DNA of 64,000 bases, taken from positions 45,048 to 109,047 of the forward strand of contig JBDTZG010000013.1 in assembly GCA_040005235.1 (NCBI GenBank), written 5' to 3'. This DNA is from Acidobacteriota bacterium (lineage in GTDB: Bacteria; Acidobacteriota; Thermoanaerobaculia; Multivoradales; UBA5704). A model generated the notes under the pieces. That model did no database searches. It was given only the letters and a program-made list of their open reading frames with translations, and had not been told where the DNA came from. Within the stretch, counting starts at the first letter, position 1; every line of letters begins with the position of its first letter. The position numbers and the translations under genes are program-made. Positions 17,609-28,018 of this stretch are shown one piece after another.

Positions 17609-19684
17609 TCACTGCAACTGCACCCGCAGGAGGATGTCGTACGCGTACTTCGGCGATTGAATCACACAGCTGCCGCCGTTGCAGGTCTTGCGGCGACCAT
17701 CCCAATCGATCGTCTGGGTCAAAGTGATCGTGCCGGTCGACGGGGTGATCCATTGCACGGTGAACCGGCCGTTGGCGGGACCCAGGTCGAGCAGCGGCAA
17801 CACTGCCTGGTACTTGTTGCTCGGCCAGATCCGGGCGTCGTAGGCGTTGCGGCTGAGAAACGAGGGCAGGTTGGCGGCATCCCTCGGGCAGCCGGTCAGG
17901 CCGAAGTCGACCTCCGTTGGGATCTGGTCCGGGTGCGCAGGGTCTCTTGGCTTCTGGCAGCGAACGGTGCTGTGATGAAGATAGAGGAGAAACAAGCGCT
18001 TCGAATCGTTGAGCGAGGTTTGGAGCGAAGCCCAATAACGTTGAGAGATCCGGACCGTGTCGAGGTCTGTGAGAGTGGTGCCGTCCGGGTAGATATTCAA
18101 GCCGACCCAGGCGGGTGCCCGCGACGAAGACAGAATCTTCCCCTGCTCGATGTACGGGCGGAGAAAACGAGCCATCACGCCCAGCTGGCGGCGGATGTCG
18201 GCCGGGGTGTTCGGGTTGCCCCCGGAGAGGTAGCCCCAGGAGTCGTGGATGCCCCCCTGATCCAGCAGGAACTCCCAGGCCTCCGCCCGCGCCGGTTCGG
18301 GAAGGCCCTGTTGGAGCGCCCCGTCCACGTGCCCCCGGGTGCCGCCTTTGCCGCCAAACGGCGTGATCTTCGTTTCGTTGAAGCCGAACGGGCGTTGGCG
18401 GCTGCCGTATTTCTGGACGAGGGTGAGGGCGCCGGCATCAAGCTTGCGCGACACACCTCCCGGCAGCGTGGAGGCGAGGTTCGTGCCGACAGTCGTGTAG
18501 TGCCCGTTCAAGATATCCACGTTCGGATCGTTGCGGTATTGGTCGGCGCCGAGCTGGCTGAAAGGCTGCACCGCGATCAAGTGCCCGCCCGGGTCGAGCT
18601 TGGGGTACTTGGCCTCCTCGTCCATCGTTGCGCGGATCATGTCCTTTTGCCATTTGGCGACAGCCAGGGGATCGACCGTCTCGGGATCGGGTTCGTTGGC
18701 GATCTCCCACCAGACGTTGTCGAAGCACCAGAGCTCGCGGACGGTCCAGAGGATCACGTTCTTTTGCGCCGCGCGCATCTTCAGGTTGGCCAGCGCTTCG
18801 GGGGTTCCGCGGAGGTCGTCCACTACCGCATATTCCTTCTGCGAGAACTTGACGATTTCCAGCTGGCCGTTCGTCCCCGGCAAGCGCCCCTTGCCGCCCC
18901 AGGGGCCGGCCTCGAAGAAATCCCCTTCGAACGGCGCGAAGAAGGTCACCTCGACCAGCAGGTCTTTCGTCTGCGCGTAGGAGACGACCTGGCGCAGCCG
19001 GGAGAAATAGAGGTCGTGCGGCTTATCGAGCCGCCAGAAGGGGTAGGAGCCCGGAGGGGCGGGTGCGCAGTCGGGGCTTGTGTTGGCGGCGGCGCAGTAG
19101 AGGAAGGGTACGTTGTTGAGGGTCTTTTCTCCCGCGAGCGCGATCCAGAGGCGGGTCTTGTCGAGGCCTTCGGTGCGGGCGGCCTGGAGGGTCGTGGGGT
19201 GGTTGGCGAAGTTGCATTTGTCGGCGGCCAGGTCGAGGTGACATCCGGCGTCGGCCGAGTCTCCCATCAGGAGTCGATTCTTGAGGCGATAGGAAAGGTA
19301 GCGTGGCAGGGTGGGCGAGATCCTGACCGGAACGATCGTCCGGGTTTCGGTGGCGCAGCTGGTGTCGGCGAGTCGGGCGCCATAGCTCGGGTCGGTGCCG
19401 ATCAGGCTCGGGTTTTCGTCGTAGAGCTTGGCTGCGTCGAGGGAGAGCGGGTCGCCTTCGTAGGGGAGCAGCGGATCGCCGAGGGTCCACTCTTCTGGCG
19501 GGAGGCTGGGATCGAAAGAGGTGCCGGGGTCGGTGCCGATCTCGGGCGGATCTTCGTAGGTGACCGGCTCGGGGGGTTGCGCTCGGGAAGGAAGGCGGAG
19601 GGCGAAGAGGGGGAGAAAAACCAGGATGAGAGCTAGCCGGCGCGAGCGGAGTGAGCGCGTGTCTGTTTCTTTTCGGTATCTCAT
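17609..19684 (-). CDS. Secreted glycoside hydrolase-like (clan GH-A TIM barrel) protein
   Basis: 691 aa; signal peptide; WWEIANEP acid/base motif and FGFNET nucleophile-like motif; C-terminal beta domain. Confidence 0.65.
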   Translation of the reverse strand: MRYRKETDTRSLRSRRLALILVFLPLFALRLPSRAQPPEPVTYEDPPEIGTDPGTSFDPSLPPEEWTLGDPLLPYEGDPLSLDAAKLYDENPSLIGTDPSYGARLADTSCATETRTIVPVRISPTLPRYLSYRLKNRLLMGDSADAGCHLDLAADKCNFANHPTTLQAARTEGLDKTRLWIALAGEKTLNNVPFLYCAAANTSPDCAPAPPGSYPFWRLDKPHDLYFSRLRQVVSYAQTKDLLVEVTFFAPFEGDFFEAGPWGGKGRLPGTNGQLEIVKFSQKEYAVVDDLRGTPEALANLKMRAAQKNVILWTVRELWCFDNVWWEIANEPDPETVDPLAVAKWQKDMIRATMDEEAKYPKLDPGGHLIAVQPFSQLGADQYRNDPNVDILNGHYTTVGTNLASTLPGGVSRKLDAGALTLVQKYGSRQRPFGFNETKITPFGGKGGTRGHVDGALQQGLPEPARAEAWEFLLDQGGIHDSWGYLSGGNPNTPADIRRQLGVMARFLRPYIEQGKILSSSRAPAWVGLNIYPDGTTLTDLDTVRISQRYWASLQTSLNDSKRLFLLYLHHSTVRCQKPRDPAHPDQIPTEVDFGLTGCPRDAANLPSFLSRNAYDARIWPSNKYQAVLPLLDLGPANGRFTVQWITPSTGTITLTQTIDWDGRRKTCNGGSCVIQSPKYAYDILLRVQLQ

Positions 19685-19807
19685 GACAGCTGATCATAGC
19701 TTGGTGTGCGGGCCTGGAGGCTCAATCACCAGCCCAACGCTATGCTGTCGATCAAACAGGCGAAATCGCCCCCAAGCCAGAGGGTCGCCCCGGCCGGGGT
19801 TTTACCG

Positions 19808-21214
19808 CTACGCTGCGCCCGGCGCCCAGCCGCCCGGCTCCCCCTCGTCCTCGTGGCGCTCAGCCTCCAGCCCGGCCCGTTCGAGATCGCGAAGAACGCT
19901 TTTGAGCACCGCCGCGTCGAGCGCGGCGGCTTCGGTGGCGCGTTCGAGCAGGACGAGCGAGGCGAGCCCCTCGCGGGCGACGCCGATCGAGCGGAAGGTA
20001 GGGATCAGTTCCCTGGCGAGGAGCTTGCGGGCTTCCTGAACCCGGCCGCGTTCGACAAGGCGCACGGCCAGGTCGAGACCGACGATCGCGGCTTGAAACG
20101 GCAGGCCGAGCTGTTGGAACTGTGCCTTCACCCGGCGGAGCAGCCCTTCGGCGACGCCACGGCGGCCGAGACCGTCGTAGATCTGGGCGTCATAGAAAAG
20201 AAACTTCGCTTGGTCGCTGGCGCCCATGTGGCGGTAGTACTCCGCGCGAATCGCGTCGGCGCAGTCGGAGGCGTCTTGGACGAGGCCGAGCTGAACGTAC
20301 AGGGCGATGAGGTGCTGGGCCGCGGTGAGGCGCAGCTCCAAAAGCTCCGGGGATTCCGTCCCGCCGAGCAGACGAAGCGCTTCAGAGACCAGAGGTAAGG
20401 CCTTGCCGGGGTCTCCGGAGTAGGCGGCGGCGAGTGAGCGTTTGAGGGCCAACTTGCCGGCGACGGGGAGGTCGCCGCGGCGCTCCAATGTGACGACAAG
20501 GTGTGCCAGCAGGCGGTCGGCTTCGGCGAACCGCCGACGGCCGAGCAGGAACGACGCGTACGGGTCGCCAAGGTGGAAGAGGGCCTCGGCGCTTCCGCCG
20601 TCTACCTGCCAGGCAACGAGCGCTGCGTCGAAGGCCTGCTCGGCCTCCGAATGCCGGCCGAGCAGGCGGAGCAGGTTTGCCCGTTCCGCGTGGATTTCGC
20701 AGCTTAGGTCGCCCTGCGCTTCGCCCTCGTCGCAGAACCCGTCTGCGCGCGGCAGCAGGAGCGCCCAGTCCAGCAGCTCGAGGCCCTCTTCCGGGTCGTC
20801 GCGCCGCAAATTCTGCGCCTCTTCGATCAGCGCGGCGGCCTGCTCACGCTCCAGAGTCTTCTCGGTGTACTCCCCGGTTCCGAGGGTCCCGGCCCGCAAA
20901 TCCTTCAAGGCGCCCCGGATTCCGAGGTCGACCGGCTTATCGTAATAGAACAGCGGCACCTCGTGGGTGACTGCGGGCAGGCCGGCCACCCGGCCGAACG
21001 CGATCGCGCAGTCCCGGCAGCCGCGCAGCAGGTGGCGCACCAACTGCCGGGCGGCGCCGCGGATCTCCCCGGCCGAAAGCGGACCCGCCGCCATTCGCTC
21101 CACGACCTTGCGGGAGACGCACGGGGTGGCCGCCGTCGTCGTAGCCACGAGGCGCAGGCTGCCCCTCGGACGGGGAGCAATCTCTGCATCAAGGGGAGCA
21201 TCGGGCGCATCCAT
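19808..21214 (-). CDS. TPR-like helical-repeat protein with N-terminal His/Cys (anti-sigma zinc-finger-like) motif
   Basis: ATG 21214 with RBS GGGAGG; VRHLLRGCRDC; repeats ERANLLRLLGRHSEAEQAF, YASFLLGRRRFAEADRLL, AAAYSGDPGKALPLVSEAL. Confidence 0.75.
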   Translation of the reverse strand: MDAPDAPLDAEIAPRPRGSLRLVATTTAATPCVSRKVVERMAAGPLSAGEIRGAARQLVRHLLRGCRDCAIAFGRVAGLPAVTHEVPLFYYDKPVDLGIRGALKDLRAGTLGTGEYTEKTLEREQAAALIEEAQNLRRDDPEEGLELLDWALLLPRADGFCDEGEAQGDLSCEIHAERANLLRLLGRHSEAEQAFDAALVAWQVDGGSAEALFHLGDPYASFLLGRRRFAEADRLLAHLVVTLERRGDLPVAGKLALKRSLAAAYSGDPGKALPLVSEALRLLGGTESPELLELRLTAAQHLIALYVQLGLVQDASDCADAIRAEYYRHMGASDQAKFLFYDAQIYDGLGRRGVAEGLLRRVKAQFQQLGLPFQAAIVGLDLAVRLVERGRVQEARKLLARELIPTFRSIGVAREGLASLVLLERATEAAALDAAVLKSVLRDLERAGLEAERHEDEGEPGGWAPGAA

Positions 21215-21332
21215 CGGCGGCCTCCCGGAGCCTTCGGGCGTAAGGGTGATCGGCGCGAATTCTCTCACGCAGGGGCGATTTTGTCGAAAGGGAGAAACGC
21301 CGGTCGGCCGGCGATCGCGCCGACCCGCCAAC

Positions 21333-21403
21333 GTAGGGGGCGGAGACAAGCCTCCGCCCGAGATCCGCGACCACCGCGGGCGGAGGCTTGTCTCCGCCCC
21401 AAC
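21333..21403. repeat. GTAG-type REP inverted pair
   Basis: GTAGGGGGCGGAGACAAGCCTCCGCCC ... GGGCGGAGGCTTGTCTCCGCCCCAAC. Confidence 0.7.
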
Positions 21404-21411
21404 CCGACCCT

Positions 21412-21696
21412 TCAGGGCCGCGGCGCACCGCTGGGATCGACGCCCATCCCTTGGTCGCTGAGGACTTGCGCGGGCCGGCCGCTCGGATCGACCATCATTC
21501 CCTCGTTGCCGAGTACCTGCCGCGGCGCGCCGTCGGCCCAGAGCGCGCCGAGCGGCGTTCGGGCGAACCACCAGCCCGTCAGATGCTCCCAGGCGTCGGA
21601 CCAGGGCGAGGCCGAAGTCGGGGCGGCGAGCCCGGCGGTCAAGAGCGCCGCGATGGCGAGAGCCGCGGCGGGGCGGCGGTGGACGGATACGGACAT
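21412..21696 (-). CDS. Small secreted peptide precursor (94 aa) with two GxxxDPSG repeats
   Basis: RBS GAGGAGG; signal peptide ending TSA-S; repeats QVLGNEGMMVDPSG and QVLSDQGMGVDPSG. Confidence 0.8.
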   Translation of the reverse strand: MSVSVHRRPAAALAIAALLTAGLAAPTSASPWSDAWEHLTGWWFARTPLGALWADGAPRQVLGNEGMMVDPSGRPAQVLSDQGMGVDPSGAPRP

Positions 21697-21991
21697 GGCG
21701 TTTCCTCCTCGGGGTCCGCGGGTCATTCCCGAGAGCCGGCACGGCCCCCGCGCCCGCGGGGGCAACGCTGCAGGGCGTTGCTGCCCTGAAGGATAGAGAA
21801 AAGCGGCGCGGTGCGCCGCCTGCCTTCGGACCGGCTCCAGGGTCCCGCGTTGTCGATTTCGACAACCTACAACGGCAGAAAGAGGAAGCGTCAAAAGGAG
21901 GCGCGCCGCGTCGCCTTTGCCACGGTTCGCGGCGAATTGCACCGACAGCAACAAATAGGCGCTGCACTGCCAACAATTACGTCCGAAGCTC

Positions 21992-22026
21992 TTGACAAGC
22001 GTTTAGCGCGAGGCATAGGTTATGCC
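21992..22026 (+). promoter_or_regulatory. Sigma70-type promoter with overlapping operator-like palindrome
   Basis: TTGACA-18-TAGGTT; palindrome GGCATA-GGT-TATGCC (22012-22026); GTG start 7 nt after the -10 box. Confidence 0.6.
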
Positions 22027-22028
22027 GC

Positions 22029-22361
22029 GTGAGTGTTCCATCTGTTGCCCATAACGCCCGCGAGTACCCCTGGTCAAAACTTTCCTTGATGGCGAGTTTT
22101 GGTCAACGCCTGCGCCGGCTGCGCAGGGACGGCGGGCTCACCCAGCGCGATCTCGCCGCGCGGCTCGGCGTCGATCGGCGCACGATCCAGCGGTACGAAT
22201 TGGGGCAGATCTTCCCCGTGCCGGAAATCTTGGCCGCCATCGTGCGCGCCTTGAACATTCGCTTCGAAGACCTGTTCACCCTTTCGCCGCCCCTGCCGCG
22301 AGAGCCGATCCGCCGCCCGGCGGGCGCCGATCCGGCCGACGGGTTCGAGGCCGAGGCATGA
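22029..22361 (+). CDS. XRE-family HTH transcriptional regulator
   Basis: FGQRLRRLRRDGGLTQRDLAARLGVDRRTIQRYELGQIFP; alternative start ATG 22089. Confidence 0.9.
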   Translation: MSVPSVAHNAREYPWSKLSLMASFGQRLRRLRRDGGLTQRDLAARLGVDRRTIQRYELGQIFPVPEILAAIVRALNIRFEDLFTLSPPLPREPIRRPAGADPADGFEAEA

Positions 22362-23722
22362 GCCTGCCGCCCGACCTGTTCGCGCGAATCGAAGCCTCCG
22401 CGCGCGATATCGCCGAGCGGGTCGCGCAAGAGCGGGCGACCTCCGAAGCATTGTGGGGGGAGCTGGCGGCGGCGCCGGTCGCGTCCTGGGCCGATCTCGC
22501 GGCGAGCGGCCGATTTGCCCTTCCCACGTTCATCGAGACCCTGTGCGAGGAGAGCTGGTCGCTCCCTCCCGATCGTTCGGAAGCCTTGGCGCAATTCGGC
22601 TACGCCGTGGTGCGCACAGTCGACCCCCGGGCGGTCGGAACCGCCACCGCCGCGGGCCTGCGGGCTCTAGTTCGTGCTTCGCTCGGCGACGCCTGGCGGC
22701 GCCAGGGCCGATTCGACGAGTCCGATCTGGCATTCCTGGGCGCTTTCAGAGAGCTGGTCGAAAGCGAGGACGCCATCGACTTCGGGTTCGTCCAGGCGCT
22801 TTATTCGCGGCTCCTGCGCGATCGGGGCGAGATGTCCGAGGCGTACTTCGAGGCGCTTCGCGCGGCGCAGAACCTTCGGCGCGAAGGGGTGGCCGTCCTC
22901 GCCGCGGGAGCTTGGGGCGAAGTCGCGGCTCTCGCCGCGGAAATCGGCGCCTGCGGCAGGGTCGATTCCGCCCTCAAAGCCGCCCGCCGGGAAACCGGGG
23001 CCGAGGCACAGCGCGCCGCAGCGGTCGCGGTCGCCCGCGGGGTTCTGCGCCTTCGGCTCCTGCGCGCCGACGCCGCGGCTATCGCTTTGGCCGGCGCCGC
23101 GGAGGCGCACTTGAAGCTGGACTCTTTATCGCGCGCGGATTTCGCCGCGGCGACCTCCGGTTTCGTCGGGGTTGCCCGACTTGCCGGCATCGATTTCTTC
23201 CACGCTCCGCGAATCGGCGTAGGAGGGTGGGCATCGTGTACAGACCCTATCCAGGAGGCGATCCCCATGACCGACCGCAAACCCGTCGTACCTATTCCCG
23301 CCACCTCAAGCTCCGAGCCCGACGGCGTTCCGATGCTGCGCGACGCGAGCGAATGGGAGGCGGTGGAAGGATTTCGCCACACCTTCCTGATCCATTTCAC
23401 CCCACAGGGCCTTGCCGCCTCCTTGCGCCAGGCCGGCCAGAATCTTTATGACGGCGCGCTCGAAAGCTCAGGCGGATGGCCGCGTTCCCCCACGCCGCCG
23501 GTAGTCGAACAGGTGATGGCCGGCGTGGCGGAGCTCCGTTTCATCGAAGGGTTTTACGGCATGGTCGGGCGCGAAGCCGAGGAGACGAGCCTCACGCGGG
23601 TCGAGATCAAGATTTCCAATCTCGCGGTCGAATACGCCGCCGCCGCGGGAGCGCTCGCCGCGCAAATCGAGCAGGATCTGGCCGCCGCGGGCGTGACCTG
23701 GCCGCCTCCGGCCATGAAGTGA
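22358..23722 (+). CDS. TPR-like protein reading in frame into a downstream unrelated domain
   Basis: ATGA overlap with the XRE gene; SLGDAWRRQGRFDESDLAF and LYSRLLRDRGEMSEA TPR-like repeats. Confidence 0.6.
   Translation: MSLPPDLFARIEASARDIAERVAQERATSEALWGELAAAPVASWADLAASGRFALPTFIETLCEESWSLPPDRSEALAQFGYAVVRTVDPRAVGTATAAGLRALVRASLGDAWRRQGRFDESDLAFLGAFRELVESEDAIDFGFVQALYSRLLRDRGEMSEAYFEALRAAQNLRREGVAVLAAGAWGEVAALAAEIGACGRVDSALKAARRETGAEAQRAAAVAVARGVLRLRLLRADAAAIALAGAAEAHLKLDSLSRADFAAATSGFVGVARLAGIDFFHAPRIGVGGWASCTDPIQEAIPMTDRKPVVPIPATSSSEPDGVPMLRDASEWEAVEGFRHTFLIHFTPQGLAASLRQAGQNLYDGALESSGGWPRSPTPPVVEQVMAGVAELRFIEGFYGMVGREAEETSLTRVEIKISNLAVEYAAAAGALAAQIEQDLAAAGVTWPPPAMK
23267..23722 (+). CDS. 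Hypothetical protein with its own start, nested in frame within 22358..23722
   Basis: Strong RBS AGGAGG 8 nt before ATG 23267 (MTDRKPVVPIP...). Confidence 0.55.
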   Translation: MTDRKPVVPIPATSSSEPDGVPMLRDASEWEAVEGFRHTFLIHFTPQGLAASLRQAGQNLYDGALESSGGWPRSPTPPVVEQVMAGVAELRFIEGFYGMVGREAEETSLTRVEIKISNLAVEYAAAAGALAAQIEQDLAAAGVTWPPPAMK

Positions 23723-23803
23723 ATCCCTGGTGTCAATTCAACGCTCCCTGCGTAGATTCCTAACCCACCGCGTCGGAATCGCCGAGAGGTACACTTCTCC
23801 ACC

Positions 23804-24409
23804 ATGAAGAAGAAAGAAACTCCTTCGGAACCAGCCCCCCGCGCCAAGGCCACGCGCGGCAAGAAGCCGCGCAAGCGGAAGATGGCGCCGGTCGGGCGGG
23901 CGCGTTGGCTGCTCGGCCACCTGATTCAGATGACCGGCCTCGGCCGGCGCGACGTCGATGAGCGCCTCGGCCTCACCCGGGGCCAGGTGAGCCAGTTGCT
24001 CACCGGCCGGGTCTCGCTCAAGCTCGAGATGATCCTGCTGATCCTCGACGAGGTCGGCATGGAGCCGGCGATGTTTTTCAAGCTGCTGTTCGAGCTGCCG
24101 GACGAAGGCGACAACCCGTTCCTCGCGCTGCTCTACCGCAAAATGCTCGAAAGCGGCGCGATGAAACCCGAGCACCTGATCCCCCCGCCCGAACCGGCGC
24201 CGATCCCTGCCGACCAACTGCGCCGGCTCGTGCGCGAAGAGCTGCAAGACGTCCTCGCCCTCGCCCAGCGAACCCCCTCCCGCGAGGACCGGCTGGCCGA
24301 AGAGCGCAAGCTGACGGAACCCCTGATCGGCGACATCGTGGAAGAGATCAAGCGCAAGCGCGCCCCGAAACCGCCGCGCAAGAAGTCCGACGAGGAAGCG
24401 GAGCGTTGA
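23804..24409 (+). CDS. XRE-like HTH protein with basic termini
   Basis: GLGRRDVDERLGLTRGQVSQLLTGRVSLKLEMILLILDEVG; TACACT box 8 nt upstream. Confidence 0.75.
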   Translation: MKKKETPSEPAPRAKATRGKKPRKRKMAPVGRARWLLGHLIQMTGLGRRDVDERLGLTRGQVSQLLTGRVSLKLEMILLILDEVGMEPAMFFKLLFELPDEGDNPFLALLYRKMLESGAMKPEHLIPPPEPAPIPADQLRRLVREELQDVLALAQRTPSREDRLAEERKLTEPLIGDIVEEIKRKRAPKPPRKKSDEEAER

Positions 24410-24440
24410 GATCGGCCCGCCCTCCGGGGGGCCGACCCAT

Positions 24441-25559
<1,119 letters not shown>

Positions 25560-25677
25560 ACGGCGGCCATCGTATCTTCGATCACCGTGTGGTCGCCTGC
25601 CGAAAATCCTCTGCCAGTCCCTATGGAGGGTCGCAACTGCGCTCACTTTGGAAGGGAACTTTTTTGAGCCGAGCCCC

Positions 25678-26676
25678 CTACTCCCCCTCGATCGCCTCCA
25701 GCAACTCGTCCAAAACCCGCTCCACCGCCTCCGGCCGGTCGAGCTGAATCCAGTGACCGGTGCCTCCTACGGGGTAGACGGGCAGGTCTTCGTCCAGGCG
25801 GTGGAGGCTGATCGGCAGGCTGTTGAGCTCGCTCACCAGTGCGATTTTCGGCCCCGGGTAGGCGGCGAGCGGTGCCATCGGCGACCAGGTGGCAGCACCT
25901 TCGAGCGCTCCGACGATCGCCTTGGGGTCGGTCTGGGCGAGGTCTTCGAGGATCCAGGCCGCCGCCTCGCGATCGCCGCCGACCACCAGTTGGCGAAAAT
26001 AGTCCTTGGTCTCCCCTGAGGGATCGCGGCGAACCGCGTCGAGGAAAGGGTCGATTTCGGCGCGCGAAAGTTTCGTCTGGTCGCCGTTCGGATCGACCAG
26101 GACGAGCGCGGCCACCCGGTCGGGATGCTCCGCGGCGTAGGCGATCGCCGGCATTGCGCCCAAGCTGTGGCCGATCAGGACGAAGCGCCGCAGATGGAGC
26201 TGGTCGGCGACCGAACCGATGTCCCTCGCGAAGGCCGGGACCGAATAGTCGCCGTCCGCGGCCGGGTCGGATTCGCCATGGCCGCGCAGGTCGAGCGCCA
26301 CCGCCCGCCGTTCGGGCCGGAAGGCGTCGAGCTGGAGCACCCATTGACCGCCGTTGCCGCCCAGCCCGTGTACGAACAGGAGCGGTAGATCGTGGGCTCC
26401 TCCCGCGCCGCCATCGCGCACGAAGAGGTTGCCGGCCGGGCCGGGCAGCCAGAGCGCGAGATCTTGAAGGCGCGGCGCGGGCGAAAACAGCTCGCCGCCG
26501 ATCCGGCCGGGGTCGAGCTCGGGATCGAGACCGAGGAGATCGTTGAAAACTCCACGGCGATAGGCGACCACGAGAGTCGCGGTGGCCGCAGCGGTTGCTC
26601 CGACCACGGCGAGGCCGACCAGCGGCCCGACGAAACTCCGCTTCCTTGCACGACGGTAGGCGTTTTTTCGGCTCAT
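25678..26676 (-). CDS. Alpha/beta-fold hydrolase with N-terminal membrane anchor
   Basis: FVHGLGG, DLRGHGES, GHSLG nucleophile elbow, GHW. Confidence 0.9.
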   Translation of the reverse strand: MSRKNAYRRARKRSFVGPLVGLAVVGATAAATATLVVAYRRGVFNDLLGLDPELDPGRIGGELFSPAPRLQDLALWLPGPAGNLFVRDGGAGGAHDLPLLFVHGLGGNGGQWVLQLDAFRPERRAVALDLRGHGESDPAADGDYSVPAFARDIGSVADQLHLRRFVLIGHSLGAMPAIAYAAEHPDRVAALVLVDPNGDQTKLSRAEIDPFLDAVRRDPSGETKDYFRQLVVGGDREAAAWILEDLAQTDPKAIVGALEGAATWSPMAPLAAYPGPKIALVSELNSLPISLHRLDEDLPVYPVGGTGHWIQLDRPEAVERVLDELLEAIEGE

Positions 26677-26738
26677 CGACGGAATTCTATCTCAGAGGAA
26701 ACGCGCGGAAACTCGCGTGTGCGTGTCAAATTGTCGGA

Positions 26739-27827
26739 TCAGACCGCCGACTTGAGGGTGCCGGCGACGATCTTGTCGTCGATCACCAGGTGGTGGCGGT
26801 CGCCTTTCGGTTCGACCTCCGGGTGGCCGAAAGGGTCGAACTCGTACGGTTTGATCACCCGGCCGAACACCGATTTGAGCGCGCGGGCGCCGATTCGGCT
26901 GCTCTTGGAAGCCTCGTCCGCGATCTTCAGGATGGCCGGCTCGGTCACTTCGAGATCGATGCCCATCTTGCGGAAAAAGTTCTGGGAGATCTGGAGCACC
27001 CCTTCGGCCGGCTCGCGGAAGATTCTGGCGAGGGTGCCAGGGGTCAGATCTTCGAGGATGACCGCGTTGTCGAACCGCGAGAGGAACTGCGGCTGCATGC
27101 CGTACTCGAACAGATCCTCCTGCCGGAAATGGTGGCGCAGGGTGAAGTACTCGCGGATCTGGATCTTGCCGTTTTCGTAGATCGTCGTGGTCGGCAGCTT
27201 GATTCCGCTCTTCGGCGAGATGACGCGCTGGAACACCTGGTCGTAGAGATTCTCGAACGCTCCGGCGCAGAGGAAGAGCATCTTGCCCGTGTCGATCCAG
27301 GCGTTGGTCGTCTCGGCGACCTTGTCGCGCATCACGGTGATCTTGTGGCTCACCCGTTCGCCCTCGATCAAAGTGAGCAGCGCCTGCTGGATGTTGATCC
27401 CGGTGACGTAGGGCCTGCCACCGACGACGCCCGAGACCTTGTCGATCTCGTCCAGGCAGACCGTGGCGCGCTCCATCGCCCGGCCGATCTCCTCGGCGGT
27501 GGCGTTCGCCCCGAGCACCTGGCGGGTGCGCTCCTCCAGGCGGTGGAACAGGCGCGAGGTGTCGATCGCCCCATCTTCCGCCGCGATCGTGCTGGCGTTC
27601 ATGATCAGCACCACCCGGTACTCGAAGAACTCGTCGTGCTCGGCGTAGAGAGCCTCGATGCCGCGCATGATCGTGGTCTTGCCGGTTCCGGAGTTGCCGA
27701 TCAGCAGGAGGTTGCCGTACTTCTCGCCTTCCAGGTGCTTGAAGATCGCGACCGCGACGAACCGCAGCGTCTCTTCTTGGCCGATGACGCGCTCGGACAG
27801 AAATTCGTGAATTTCAACGGGCTTCAT
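26739..27827 (-). CDS. ClpX/HslU-like AAA+ ATPase (atypical)
   Basis: VIGQEE, Walker A GNSGTGKT, Walker B VCLDEIDK, QQALLTLIEG, CAGAF, IGARALK; no Zn-binding domain, GYVG or IGF motif visible. Confidence 0.85.
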   Translation of the reverse strand: MKPVEIHEFLSERVIGQEETLRFVAVAIFKHLEGEKYGNLLLIGNSGTGKTTIMRGIEALYAEHDEFFEYRVVLIMNASTIAAEDGAIDTSRLFHRLEERTRQVLGANATAEEIGRAMERATVCLDEIDKVSGVVGGRPYVTGINIQQALLTLIEGERVSHKITVMRDKVAETTNAWIDTGKMLFLCAGAFENLYDQVFQRVISPKSGIKLPTTTIYENGKIQIREYFTLRHHFRQEDLFEYGMQPQFLSRFDNAVILEDLTPGTLARIFREPAEGVLQISQNFFRKMGIDLEVTEPAILKIADEASKSSRIGARALKSVFGRVIKPYEFDPFGHPEVEPKGDRHHLVIDDKIVAGTLKSAV

Positions 27828-28018
27828 GTGTAGGGTATGGATCTCGGGGGAATGGACCGCGGTCAGTGTGCAAAGCCGCGCGGCAGGCCGCGCGACGACT
27901 TGGGACGTGGATTGTACGTGCGAACCCTCTCCTACCGCGATTTGCTCAGTAAACAATTGACCCGACGCCAACCGGGAGCTACCATGCTCGCCGAACTCGC
28001 GGAGGTTACAACCCGGTC

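Noticed and set aside
21215-21976. N-terminal extension of the TPR ORF (722 aa in the track)
   Set aside because: Overlaps the peptide gene and REP pair; ATG 21214 has a good RBS
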